Assembly: GCA_044892525.1 (NCBI GenBank)
Contig: CM097885.1
Location: 49,354,001-49,418,000, forward strand
Length of the DNA stretch: 64,000 nucleotides
Reading direction: 5' to 3'
DNA from: Schmidtea polychroa
Lineage: Eukaryota
In this document: piece by piece, positions 11,683 to 24,349 of the stretch
How positions within the stretch are numbered: the stretch's first letter is position 1
How the letters are laid out: every line of letters starts with the position of its first letter
Notes under the pieces: generated by a model
What the model saw: only the letters and a program-made list of their open reading frames with translations
Told to the model about the DNA's origin: nothing
Database searches by the model: none
Program-made: the position numbers and the translations under genes

Positions 11683-12027
11683 GTTGGTATTCGATGCAAT
11701 AATTGTGATGTAGTAGCTACACAAAGAAAGGTTCCAGATAAAATGATTGAGAAGAGTTCAGCTACAAGATTGTTTAATATTACTGAAAGTACTGGAGGTG
11801 TTATGACTGGTATGATCCCTGATTATCGATCTCAAGTATGTCGTGCACAAATGGAAGCAGCTCGATTTAGATATAAACATGGATATGAAATGCCTTGCGA
11901 CATAATATGTCGTTCTATTGCGGATATTAAGCAGCTTTCTACCCAATCAACTGAGATGCGACCATTAGGTTGTTCAATGATGGCATTATCTTATGGTATT
12001 GACATGGACAAATTGTTATTATTCAAA
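11683..12027 (+). pseudogene. PSMA6: Intronless fragment of 20S proteasome subunit alpha type-6, inside chimeric ORF 11452-12150
   Basis: VGIRCNNCDVVATQRKVPDKMIEKSSATRLFNITESTGGVMTGMIPDYRSQVCRAQMEAARFRYKHGYEMPCD...EMRPLGCSMM matches the PSMA6 core (TQKKVPDKL...YKYGYEIPVD...EMRPLGC); N- and C-termini missing. Confidence 0.88.
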
Positions 12028-12059
12028 AATAAAATTATTATTCATGATCTTGAATTTAA

Positions 12060-13240
12060 ACATGAACAAAATTGCAAATTCTTCGAAGTCACTAAACAGT
12101 CGTCTTCAAATAACTTGCAGAACCAGCTTGTTTTAGCTTATTTAAGATAAATTTACCAGGTAATTTTCTATTGTTTCTACTAGAAGCATTTCAAGATTCA
12201 TCTAAAATTCCTCATGGATATTTATTTCTAGACTTTACCCAGAAATGTTCGGATGAATTATGAGTTCAAACAGATATATTTAACAAAAAAGGTGCAACAG
12301 TATATAAACAAAGTTGATCAATTGAAAAGATTAATAATGTGTTTTCAAAAAGTAATTGTCAAACCTTCAAAGAAATTGAAGAATTTGATTGCAAAACGTA
12401 AACGAGGAAAATTACAAATAAAATCCCACCGAAAACAAGTTACACGGAAACAAAAGAGTTTCAATTATCAAAACAAAAACCTAAAGATTTTATAGCGTCT
12501 AGTTAAGTCAAAATTCCAAGGAGCTTACCATATTTTAATTCTTTGCTGAAGGCTCCTAAATAATCAAGAATGACAATTTTACAAGCATTCTCTACATTTG
12601 TGATAGATGATTTACTTGACATTATAATGAAAGTTGTACATGGTAAGGTAAATATTAGCAGTGCAAAGAAACATATTTTGGAAAAACACAAGAAATCGCT
12701 TCTATCACTTGTATATAGCAAAAACAAAAACAAATGAGAAAGATTATGTATAAACAACAAGGAGGATTTATAGCTGCAATAATTCCTCTAGCATTATCTT
12801 TATTAGGTGGAGCAGGTTTATTAGGAAGTTCCTAAACAATGGGTGGTACTCCTTCATTACTGAATTTCAAACTTGATTTTAATTCAAATTGTTGCAATGG
12901 CGAAAATTTGGAGAAATCCAAAAGACCCAGCATTTTTTGGTGGAATTGACAGACTAAAGAAAGCAATCAAGAAATAAAAGAAAAAGACAAGAAATTGGTT
13001 ATCCAGCCAACTTGCATACAGTCGCAACAAACCGATGTTAAAAAGATTTCCAACAATTTGGTATTGATGATTTATGGCAAGCGGATTTGTTGGAAATGAT
13101 TCCATATTCGAGTGTCAACCAAGGTTACAAGTATATTTTAACATGTATTGACATATTTAGCCGAATTTCTAGAGCTATAGCTGTTAAAATTAAATCTGCT
13201 AATGAAATTGCTCAAGCAATAAAGAGTTTATTTGATAGTA
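12060..13240 (+). mobile_element. Degraded Polinton/adintovirus fragment: packaging ATPase C-terminus, small basic ORFs, retroviral-like integrase
   Basis: FLLEAFQDSSKIPHGYLFLDFTQKCSDEL*VQTDIF (~12170-12285); KQQGGFIAAIIPLALSLLGG (12750-12835); MAKIWRNPKDPAFFGGIDRL...WLSSQLAYS...GIDDLWQADLLEM...GYKYILTCIDIFSR (12897-13240). Confidence 0.85.
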
Positions 13241-13525
13241 ATTGGAGCGATGAAGCTTTTCAAATTTTGAAGATTAACACTATGAGGAAGTTAAAAGATT
13301 CTTAAAGATTAATTAGAAATTTGGTAAAAATTTTAAAAATATTTTTATTGAAAAATATTTTAAAAAGAAGAAATTTATCAATTTTAAAAAAATATTTTTA
13401 TCAAAGAAATATTTTAAGAAAATCTGAAATTTGTTTAAATAACAAAAATAAGAACAGACAAGGTTTTTGAGATATCTTTTATTAAATAAAATTTAGTGAT
13501 TTAAAAACGGATGAGAATCCTAATA

Positions 13526-13538
13526 TGGTGGCAGCGGT
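13526..13538 (+). promoter_or_regulatory. Primer-binding site (tRNA-Leu type)
   Basis: TGGTGGCAGCGGT, complementary to the ...ACCGCTGCCA-CCA 3' end of metazoan tRNA-Leu. Confidence 0.75.
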
Positions 13539-14399
13539 AAACACCGACATGATTACCGAAAGATTATTGCCAAAAGTGTTCTGTCAAGGTGATGACTTGG
13601 AAAAATTCATCAGAAGATCCGAGATCTATTTCGATGCTAAAGGCATCAATAAAAAAGAACAAGAAAGATTGACCGCATGCATGATCGACGAGGATCTATT
13701 GGAGAAATATGCGAAAACAGTTAAAAAAGCAGAAGGATTTCAAGCCAGTATACGAATGGCATTTGATTACGAAAGAGACGTAGTATAAAGGTTATGGAAA
13801 GTTTATTGAATTATAAAAGAAGAGGCGAAGAGATTGAAACATATTTTAAAAAAGTGGAAGATCTTGTTGACAGGTTGTTTGAGAATAAAGAATTCACCAA
13901 AGAGAAAATAACAGCAAAGATGTTGATAGTATGTGCTGAGAATAAAGAAGTTGAGAAAGAAGTAATATTGCGGAAGATAAAAAGCACAGAGGAGATAAAG
14001 GAAACATTAATTCTGATGGATAAAGTGGACAAACAGAGAGATCAGATAAACGCTTTGAAAAGTTATGCAAGAGTGGGCTATCAGGATCCACAGAGAAGAG
14101 GACAGTACAAGCAGAAAGATGAAAGAGAAGAAGTCAGGCGACGAGAAGAACCAGAGTGTTGGCTATGCCACAAAATAGGCCACACGAAAATAGAATGTCC
14201 AATAAGAAGTAAGATAGAGTGCTGGACATGTCACAGAAGCGGACATATCAGAAGAATGTTATACAAAGTCGAGTTACAAGAAATCGATAGAGAAACAAAG
14301 ACCGACAGGAAACAGATACAGCCGGATTAATGGAATCGAAGAAGAAGAGGAAATGGAATCGTGCGTAGAGACAAATGAAGATAATTTTAGTAAAACGTA

Positions 14400-14442
14400 C
14401 CCAAACAACAGGACTCCACCAGTAGAGGAGTTGGTTGGAGCC
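14400..14442 (+). promoter_or_regulatory. Putative -1 ribosomal frameshift signal (C CCA AAC + hairpin), Gypsy A
   Basis: Slippery heptamer at 14400-14406; CTCCA-CCA/TGGT-TGGAG stem; the -1 frame is the protease frame. Confidence 0.7.
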
Positions 14443-15770
14443 ATATACTAACAGAAAAGTCGACGGGATATCCTCAAGGGGTAGAACAGTGGGAGAATGT
14501 AGGAAGGGTAAAAGAGAAAGTATACAGGTTTCTAAGGAGAGAAAGGTTTGAAGAGGAAGTGGAAATAATTGGAACAATTTAAACGGGGCAGGAGGTAGAA
14601 ATTGTATATAACAAGCTACAGGGAAGACCTAGTGTAACAGTAATGATGAATGGGGAAATTTTCGACTGTTTATTAGACACCGGAGCATGAATAAACGTAA
14701 TGAGTATGAACTGTTTTAACAAGTTACGAGGACAACAATTGAACGCAAGCGACGATAAGTTACGATGTGCAAACGAAAGTACGATAGAGACAATTGGAAG
14801 AACAAAGGTTAAAGTAACTATAAGAGATATTTCTAAGGAAGTTAGATTCATTGTGGCGGAGAAAGTGACACCAGAGGTGATTGGAGGAGTAGAATTACAA
14901 GAAGCATTTGGATATAGTCTGACAAAAAAGAAAGATATCGAATCTAGTGAAAAAGACAAGAACTATATTTCTAACATTGAAGACAAAATTCGGCAGACAA
15001 ATAAAGGATGGAGAAAGATTGACGCGAGCATTGGAACATCTAAAGATTGATGAGGATAGTAAATTGAAGGAAATAATAACGAACAGTGGAAACGTGTTTA
15101 TGGCGGATAAATGGGATGTGGGTCGCACGCATTTGGTAAAACATAAGATAATTACAAAAGGTGAACCGATAAACATAAAACCATATCGTCAACCATTGAA
15201 TTTGGAAACAAAAATTGAAGAAGCAATACAAAATTTGTACGAAAACGGGATTATACGGAAATGCAACTCTCCATGGAACACGCCGTTAATCTGCGTATGG
15301 AAAAAAGAGAAAAAAGATATTAGGCTATGGTTGGATTTCAGACAGCTGAATGCAATAATAGAGAGGCAGGCATTCCCAATGCCAAACATAGACGAGATGT
15401 TAGATATGTTAGGAGGGTCCGTTTATTTTAGCTCAATCGATCTTGGTAATGCATATTAACAAGTGGAGTTAGACAAAGAATCGCAAGAGAAAACAGCATT
15501 CTCAACAAAGAAAGGGCAATACTGTTTCAATAGAATGCCGTTCGGAATCGCTGCAGCACCAGGTACGTTCCAGGAAATGATGACAAAGGTAATAGGCAAA
15601 ATAAATGGAGTAATGGTTTATTTGGATGACATTTGGATTGACGTCTGATGAACATGATCTTCCTTTTATTTTGTTTTTCTTTTAACGATCACGGTGAGTG
15701 ATAAAATATTCCAAAGCTCTGACATACATCCATTCTTATCTCATAGATTGCTATCATTACTATTCTAGGA

Positions 15771-16334
15771 ATGTCAAAGAATCCATCAACTATGACGCCT
15801 CTCCAGCCATGCTTCTCGTGCACCGACAAAAATGCCATCATTAAAACGCTACAGACCCAAATTGGTTTATTGAAAAAGAAGACAGACCATCTCGAAGTCA
15901 CGTGGCTCGCACCCACGCAAATGAAAGAATTGCGCATGAAGCTATCGTGGGTCGAACAATGCCCCGACAGTCTAACTGAAGAGAGTCGTATTCTGCGGCT
16001 ACTCATCAAAGAACAATCTGAGGCCTTTTACAAAGTATATGTGCAAGCGACCCTCACCAAAAAGATCGTGACCGTGCCTATCACGGAACAGGACAATGTC
16101 TTCTCCTTGCATCACCAGCCAACAGCAATCAGTCAGCCTTCGGGAAAATCCTGCACTAGCTGTGTGGATGCGCTTCTATTGCCATCCACAACTGAGATAT
16201 GTGTCCTGGGGGTCAGTCAAGTGACCTCGAACCTCATACCATCAGGAGTAAAAGACACACCTCCAATGCCGCTGATTAAATCAAAACGCCGGCAACCAAC
16301 TTGGTCGGAAAGGAAAAAGAAAAAGAATAATTAA
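15771..16334 (+). CDS. Orphan 187-aa ORF in a GC-richer insert, probably TE-derived
   Basis: Open ATG-started frame; CxxC followed by a coiled-coil-like segment; basic C-terminus (KRRQPTWSERKKKK); no family recognised. Confidence 0.35.
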   Translation: MSKNPSTMTPLQPCFSCTDKNAIIKTLQTQIGLLKKKTDHLEVTWLAPTQMKELRMKLSWVEQCPDSLTEESRILRLLIKEQSEAFYKVYVQATLTKKIVTVPITEQDNVFSLHHQPTAISQPSGKSCTSCVDALLLPSTTEICVLGVSQVTSNLIPSGVKDTPPMPLIKSKRRQPTWSERKKKKNN

Positions 16335-17048
16335 TCGCCGAAGCTATGCAAGCCACTCTGTAGGCACCGAAGAAAAATCCAACTCCGACTCATCTCCCAT
16401 TCCGAGTTATACCGCCGTCCAGCACTTCTTGGGAAGAAAATGCGAGGGATTTCTTCGACCTGGACGAGCTTTTCGCCGAAACCTCTTCATCTACATTATG
16501 AGACCCGACGCGAATCCGAAACTGTAAATAAAAAATTAAATGGAATGTCTCCTATGTGATCTTCTCTATTTAATTGTGTTATCCTGATGTGACATATGAT
16601 TTTGAATTTCTTTGTTTCTGTTTGTCTGTTATGTACTATATACTCTAATAAACGATTTGAATTCATGCAGGTTTGCGTTTTAGATTCTTTTCATGATCTG
16701 ACTGGATGAAGTGGAATTGGTTTTGTAATTGTGTAGTTATTGGGAAAGTTGGAGAACGCAGGCCAATATTTCAATAAGTGAGGTAAGACGTAAGTCCTTC
16801 TATCGGCATTCAAAATACGGGTAACCCGAAATTTGGTGAAGGAGTAGTCCTATGGCAGGGGCTCACATGCTTCACTATATCCCGCCATCATGGCACAGTA
16901 CCAACATGATGTGAATCATGGGTGTCATGGTGGGAAAGCAGTCATGGGGGTTCTAATTAGCTGTCGACAAATAACGCCTGTTTAATTTGATTGACCTTCA
17001 TCCCCTAGTAGCGTGTGAATGTGTGTTGACCTAGTCGACTACCCAACA

Positions 17049-17166
17049 CTACTGTTTTTATCATACTTTCCTTTACTGTCAATTCTGTGCATGATCACTC
17101 TTTTTTTTGTCTTTCTCATCCAACATACATTTCTTTTAAATTTATTTTAATTTACTGACCTCAACA
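17049..17166 (-). mobile_element. 5' fragment of an LTR related to 36102-37184
   Basis: Reverse complement TGTTGAGGTCAGTAAATTAAAATAAATT...GATCATGCACAGAAT..AGTAAAGGAAAG matches 36102-36225. Confidence 0.75.
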
Positions 17167-20030
17167 GTGTCCATATGTAAAACCCATCGACCCACCCATA
17201 TCCTTTCATCATCCTTATTTGACAGTCAACTTTGTTGATTTAAATGTGTATAGTTGATAATTTTTGAATCCAAACCTCGTTTGAATGACTTTAGGTATTT
17301 CCATTCCATTAAAACAGTCGATGTATGATTGATGATCTATCTCAGTTTCATTCAATTTAATACCTTTGGCTTTAATAATTTTCTTTGGACCAACCAACAA
17401 ACTGTGAAGCTTCTGTCGAAGAAATATCCATTCAACATGTATGACTCTTTAAACTTTCCTATAACAGAATCAAATCTTCTGTCATATAGCGTATGAGAGG
17501 AATTATAATTAGAAGTATCCAATAGATTATCTTGGATCATAGCTTCTAATAATGTTTGTAATTTAAGGTTCTTAATTTCCAAGAAGAACGAATCCGTATC
17601 CTCTGCTGCTATATATATCTCACAATTGAACTGTTCGCGATACTTTTGTAGTTCTATATATTGCAACTAATATGTTCTTAGTTTGGAGAGATCTAAAACT
17701 GTTTGTCCAATATACGAAGGTCTATCCAAACATATAACATCAGGGTTCATAATTGCGGCTATTAAATCATCTGTAATCTTTATACTTCTTTTGAATGTTG
17801 GTTATGATGAATATGTTACCAATTTTCTTTGTGAATTGCATAACCTTAAATTCATCCGCTTCTTTAAATTTTCGACTATTTTTCTATATAAACTGTTGTT
17901 TAATAGTTTATAATATCCCTTCACCAGTTCTGATGTTGATTGAGCCCTCAATTATGTGTTGGCTTCCACATATTCCTTGAAAATATTTGATTTTTTAAAC
18001 TTGATTGTCCAATGTATATTTATTACTTTAACTCCTAAAAACATATACATTTTCAAAAGTCGCCAATGAATTACATAGTTTTTCTTCGGGTAATGTGTTA
18101 ACAGAAGCTTTTCCACTTTTGTTCCTTATGGACATATCTTCTCTGGTGCAACTGGTAAATTGTCCAATAAATCATGAATTTCATCTGGAATATTCATATC
18201 GACCTCCAACGTATATTCATATGGTAGATTCTCCAGGTTTGATGATTTACACTCTTCTAGAATGGTGTCCAAATCTTCATGGATCCATTCAAACTTTCCA
18301 TATGGCAAACTCTGACAAAGTGCCCATCCATACAAGTTATTTATATCGATATATAATAACCCTGTACTTTCATCTCTTTTGACTTAACAAAAGTCATACC
18401 TCCTCGAATGCCAGCTTCATAATAGTTATACATTTCATTATCTTGCAACAATTCAATGGGTTTATCCAATGCCATTAATGCCGATGCCCATGTCATTCCC
18501 GGAATACCGAAAAAATTCAAAGGTTCCAATCGATTATGGGATTTAGTTTTGAATTGTTGAAAGTAATCTGCCAACAGATATACATCCAACTTCAGATATA
18601 TCATCATATAATCTAAAAGGATTCAGACCATATGTTGACTGCTTTATCATATGCGGCTTGTGTCACTCCTTCCCAAATTCTCGTAGAATTTCCAAGCTTG
18701 TAGCAAAATTGTATGGAAAAATACCTTTTGAATCTTGTATTGTTCCCACAAATGCCCAAATTGTTACTGGCAAACTATTTAATGTTTTCACTGCATTATC
18801 CAAAGATTCATTTACAAACTGGTATGAATCAATGCATTTGATCTCTATTTGCTTACAATGTGCAAAAAGAGTAAGATGTTGTTGGAATGCAACTCAAACT
18901 CCAATGAGGAAATTTATTTATGCCATATTTTAAAATATAATACATATCATAACCTCTCAGGTTATGAAATACCACTGGAAGCCCTCGACGTACTCTTCTT
19001 GAAATATTACATTTTACAAAAGCAGCACCTAAATATTTTCCGCTGAAATGATCATGATCTCGAACCAAATGATCACAGTGTTCCTTACATATATAACAAC
19101 TTGACTGCATGTTAAAAGATGATTGTTCTGTCGGACTGAGAATTAAGGGTTGTTTGCCATTTCTCTGGTAATAATTGTTTAATTTATTTTCTGCTATTTC
19201 CTCTACTTTCTTTAAAAAATCAATTATGCAATTTAACCCAATAAATTGAAAATATGAGGAAGCTCTGCTAAAATTATTTATCAGCAAGAGTCCAGCTGAA
19301 ATCAGTAAGGGTTACTGATGGTATTGCTGATCGTCTGGTAATATAGATTCGAAATCAGTATAGATTACGAAAGCTGGAGTCACTTTCTTCGACCAATCTT
19401 TGAACCTGAACTCTTTTTCTGTTGGCATAACGTATAAAGCTGTTCCAAACTGATTTTCTCACATAAAGCCAGATGTCGTTCATATGTTAATTGTCTCCGA
19501 AATCCATTTATACAATTTGTACACCATATGCATTGAATTCGAACTGTACAATTATCAGATACATGACAGTTCATTAACCTGTTGATATTAGGTACTCCAA
19601 AGTAATGATAATTATTACGTTCACTTAGTAATAATAAATTTATGGGTATTACTTCTTTGACTTTTGTCCTCCGAATTATATCTATATTCGGATGTTTCAT
19701 AACAGCATCATCATTATTTAAATATGTATCATCCGAATCGTATGAGAGAACATTGATCGCCAATTCTGGATTTGGATCATCAAATTTCTTTATGTCATTC
19801 AATGTTGTCGGAGGGTCTCTGAATCGTAATTTAATTCTTTCATGTACCGATAATATTGTGACGGTCTGTTACGGTTTTCATGAATGTCTTCGCGTTTCAA
19901 TATAGACGAAACGCTGTATATAAAACAAAGATTGTTTTGATTTTGGACGTTTATGATTTTATTTTTTATTTTTAAATTTCTTATATGTCGATGTCCAGAC
20001 AATTGACTAATTTCGGTAAACTTTGTTATT
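17167..20030 (-). pseudogene. Second, diverged Polinton-type pPolB, heavily frameshifted
   Basis: CYICKEHCDHLVRDHDHFSGKYLGAA, FHNLRGYDM, MMIYLKLDVYLLADYF, LYGWAL, LLNNSLYRK, AAEDTDSFF. Confidence 0.9.
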
Positions 20031-20081
20031 TTAAAATTATTTATTTACTTATACTGATTCATGGGGCTCACATCTACCTCC

Positions 20082-20082
<1 letters not shown>

Positions 20083-20170
<88 letters not shown>
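20083..20170. repeat. (ATT)n microsatellite
   Basis: Directly visible. Confidence 0.95.
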
Positions 20171-20175
<5 letters not shown>

Positions 20176-20844
20176 AAAAATTAGAAATTACGTCAAATGG
20201 GAAAAAACCCAATTTCCCACAATATGTCAACCGACTTATTATGGAAATGGAAAGATATTGATTAAAAAAGAAATAAGATTATAAAGAATTTATTTAATTT
20301 TAAAATTAAAATTGAATTCAAAATTAATGGTTATATAGAATACCATAAACTATTATATTTATATATAAAATAAACTATTAAAAATTATTATATATAATCA
20401 TAATAAACATTCATAATATGAAATTTATATTCATATGTAATATTTGCAATTAATCAAATATTTATTTAATGTCATTATTGTAAAATATCACCTTTGCTCT
20501 GTTGATGAATTCATTCTTATGAATGGAACGGGTAACATTGAAGTTTAGAAAATCTTTAAAATCATATTCCTGAAATTTAGGAAATTTAATAAATTAAATT
20601 TCAAAATGTTAATATATTTCATTTATTTACTGTTTAACACAAACTCTGTTTTCGTAAAAATTCACTCAGCAAATATATTTTTCATGTCCCAGCTCAATAT
20701 CAGTATATAACAGTGAAACCCATTTTACACAAAACTTGGTAGTGATTCTAATTGCCTGTGCTCTTTCTCTTAATTAAGCAAATAACATCCAACACCAAAT
20801 AATTTATTTAAACTCAATCACAGCAGGTATATGAGAGTCATTCA

Positions 20845-21903
20845 TAGGGTGACCATCTGCTGGTATTTTCAAGGGACAATCCTGTATTTTCATCAAATGT
20901 CCTATGTCCCGTTTTTGGCAAAATTTGTCCAGTATTTTTCAAAATGTTAGAATTTTTATACTTTTTCTTCCACTTTAAGCCAAATTTCCAAGGGGGTTGC
21001 AAATCAAAAATACCAACTAAGTTTTTCATTCAAATTTTAGCAAATTAAATTTTTTGGTAACTGAGATTGAAAAGGTTACTACACTTGACTTAATTAACTT
21101 AAAGTAATTTTATTTCAATTTTTCGAATTTTTTTACACAATTTGCAATATTTTATACTGAAATATGCCTTTTAATGTGCGGTTAGTAATTTTAAATTGTT
21201 TATAGTCAATTATGAAAATAAAAGCTTCATTAAAAATTTTCATAAAAATTAAAAATTCTATTTTTTCAGCATTAAAAATAGTCTTTTAACATTAGTAATT
21301 GTTATTTTATGTCCAAAAAGTAAAAGTTTAGTCTTATTCGTGAAGGAACTAGAATATAACACTTAAAAAACAGTTTTAAAAAAAATGTAGTTAGTGTAGT
21401 AACTTTTTTCAATCTCAGTTACCAAAAAAATTAATTTGCTAAAATTGGAATATTATTATTATTAGTAGAACATTAGTCGAGTTTGGTTTTTGCCTTGCTG
21501 GTACATCAACCGAGGTGGAACGTATATTTTCACTTATGAACAATATTTGGGATGATAACAAAAGCTGTTTGAATGTCGATACTCTTGATGCACTTCTATC
21601 AATCCAATACAATTCAAATATGAATTGCTAAGACTTCTACAAATTGGTTAAAGAAAATTCTAAATTTTTAAATAATGTTATCAATGAAGAAAAGTACCAA
21701 AAATAAAAATTTATACAATTAAAGATTTTTTTCTTCAAATTTTACTGTTCACCCTATTTATAAATTAAACTTTTTTTAAATACTAAAATAAGCGAAATTT
21801 CGCATACAATTCTAAAAAAAATCGTTAAAGTTCAGCTTAAATCGGCTTTAATGAAAAAATTTACAATGTCCCGAATTTTTTTCAAATTTACCTGGTCACC
21901 CTA
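20845..21903 (+). mobile_element. Non-autonomous hAT element, TIR TAGGGTGACCA, TSD GTCATTCA
   Basis: 8-bp TSD at 20837-20844 and 21904-21911; dimerisation-domain relic CLAGTSTEVERIFSLMNNIW (~21490-21550). Confidence 0.9.
21028..21451. mobile_element. Nested MITE with ~55-bp TIRs
   Basis: AATTTTAGCAAATTAA...GGTAACTGAGATTGAAAA..TTACTACACT at ~21033-21084 and its inverse at ~21394-21447. Confidence 0.75.
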
Positions 21904-22188
21904 GTCATTCAGTACATAACGTTATCTTAATGTGTTATGACCCAAGGTGTGACTGATTCACGTGTTTGAAGTCAGCATTTCATATGAAAAGTATACGTCA
22001 CAAAATATTTTCTTAAATTCGGCTATATTTAAACAAAGACTGTACATTTGTTCTGCTCATTGTTATTTTAAATTAAATCTAAACAGATCCCTGTCATGTA
22101 TGAAAGTAGTATGAAAGTAGTAAATTCCACCAATGAGAATTACAAGTTATTCCAAAACCAACAGTAATCAGAATACAGAAAATATTAA

Positions 22189-22477
22189 CACGTTGACGGA
22201 CACTTGCGTCTATAGCCGTCAAGGCGAAGTTCACTATGTGGCATGCCGGCAATAGCCGTCAAAAACGAAACGGTTGTTGCACACAAAAAAATTGCTTATT
22301 TGAGCCATTAAACCTGTCATTTACATTTTTAAATTACCTTATTAAAGGTGCTAAATTAATCAAAATTAAGTTTATTTAAGCAGAAAGAGTAAAACTATAC
22401 TTCTAATATTCTAAAAATTACAAAAACATATGGTGTCAATTTTCGAACTTCACTTGTTTCTACTGTCCGTCAATGTG
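22189..22477. mobile_element. piggyBac-type MITE
   Basis: TTAA on both sides; TIR CACGTTGACGGACA / TGTCCGTCAATGTG. Confidence 0.85.
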
Positions 22478-22776
22478 TTAAAAACTGAAAGATGAGACCT
22501 TGATCTACTCATACGAATATGATTTGTAAATAACTTCAATAAATTAACTACAAACTTACTTATTGCAAAATTGGGCAATGGTTTTAGAATCATTTGATTT
22601 TATGAAAGATTTAAAATTAAAAATACAATTGAAAATGTTTAGTTTGAGAATAACTTGTAAATATTATTGGGATTGTAGTGCCTCCACTTCGCAGGTATTT
22701 GCAATTGATCAAAAAATTTAAAAAAAAATACACAAATTTTATGTATAACTTGTATGTTTATATAGCAATCTTAATT

Positions 22777-22857
22777 TAAAGTGACCAGATATTCTTTATT
22801 GGAATGCGGGACATGTTCAAATCAAAACTGCCTAATCCGGGACGTTTGGTCACTTTA
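22777..22857. mobile_element. 81-bp hAT micro-MITE, TIR TAAAGTGACCA, TSD TCTTAATT
   Basis: 8-bp TSD at 22769-22776 and 22858-22865; subterminal CGGGAC motifs. Confidence 0.85.
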
Positions 22858-23212
22858 TCTTAATTCATTAAAATAGAAAATAATAAAAAAAATTTATATA
22901 GAAGTATTAAAAAGTTCAAAATAATTGGAATAATTACAGTAAATAAATAAACCTAATAAATAATCAAAATATATAATTACCGTTTTCTGTACACCCGAAG
23001 TTTCAAATCACCACTATCATGACAAGAGTTATTATAAATTCTGTTAGTACATCACGTGACTTTTCACGAGTTAAAACTAGTAACCATATACAAATAACTT
23101 ATGATTCAATTATATTATTTTATATTGTGCAAATTACACTTTGAATAATAAAACAATTACAAATTACAAATGTTTTTGATTTTATATTAGCTGAATGTTT
23201 GAATTTAAATCT

Positions 23213-24142
23213 TCAAGGTAGAAAAATTGTTTTTAACCCATTATCAATAAATGAATTATGTGATTCACTGGAGGTTAATAAAGTTATATTGGACTCTTGG
23301 TTATAAAGTTACAAGTGTAAATAGAGCTGTAAAGTTTAAACAAACTCCTAATTTTTAAAAAAATATATAGACACCAATACGGAGTTCAGAGCTAAAAGTT
23401 ATTATTACAAGTTATTAAATAATAGTTTGTATGGAAAAACTGTGGAGAACTTAACGAGAAGAATGGATCTACAATTATGTACTACCAATAAAAACTTGTA
23501 AGATATTCGTCTAAACTGACATTTAAAAAATCTATTAAAATTGATGACAACTTGATAGCTGCCTTGTTAAATTCTAATTCTATATGTTTAGATAGACCAA
23601 GTTACATTGGACAATATGCATTTCATCTTTCTAAACTTGGCATGTATGAACTTCAATATGTTGACTTGGAAAAAAATCGGTGAACAAAATATCTAACATA
23701 ATATCTAAATATCTAATTGTAAATTAGAAAAACTTTTGTCTGAAATGGTTGAAGATGAACTTTGTACACTTCGAATCATCCTATTGATCACCTACTTTAT
23801 TCTGAAAAACTTGACTATGTTATAGGCAAATTTAAAGATGAGAGTATTGATGAAGGATATGACGAGTGGGTATTCATAAGACCCAAGTGTCGAGGCTTTT
23901 TAGATAAATTAAAATATCTAAAAGCTAAAGGGATTTCTTAAAAAGATACTAAACTGAACCAAAAATCTTATAAGGATTGTTTTAATAAAAATGCAATTTT
24001 TTCTGTACCACAATTTCGTATTGGTAAAAAAAACAATCAATTGTATAGTTTCAAAAATTCTTAAATAACGTTAACTAATAAGAATGATAAAAGGGTTTGA
24101 ATGGATAAAAATAAAAGTTGTGCATATGGATATAAAGTTTAA
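23213..24142 (+). pseudogene. Third pPolB relic (C-terminal part)
   Basis: KVEKLFLTH..NYVIHWRL, YYKLLNNSLYGKTVENL, LDRPSYIGQ, IGKFKDE, RPKC, DKRV..AYGY. Confidence 0.85.
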
Positions 24143-24349
24143 ATAATATTAACGGAAACAAAGTTGAGAAGCTGATCCTCACTCATTGGCTCAAGAAGAG
24201 TTATTTTCTTCATTGAAGGCTTTTTAAACTTTATTTTTCACTCGGCTGTTAAAATTCGACAAGCAATTAAATTCAAACAAGCACTTATATTTAAATCATA
24301 TTTAAAAAAACACAGAATTAAGAGAAGAATTAACCAGTGAGTTATATAG

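Larger units (their letters stand above)
13243..15645 (+). mobile_element. Truncated Ty3/Gypsy LTR retrotransposon A (LTR remnant, PBS, gag, protease, RT up to YLDD)
   Basis: PBS TGGTGGCAGCGGT at 13526; gag with CWLCHKIGHTKIEC and CWTCHRSGH; LLDTGA*; SPWNTPL..LDFRQLN..FSSIDLGNAY..RMPFG..VYLDD; several stops and frameshifts. Confidence 0.9.

Noticed and set aside
11452..12150. Functional PSMA6 gene
   Set aside because: It lacks the conserved N-terminal (FSPEGRLYQVEYA) and C-terminal regions, and both flanks are unrelated sequence.
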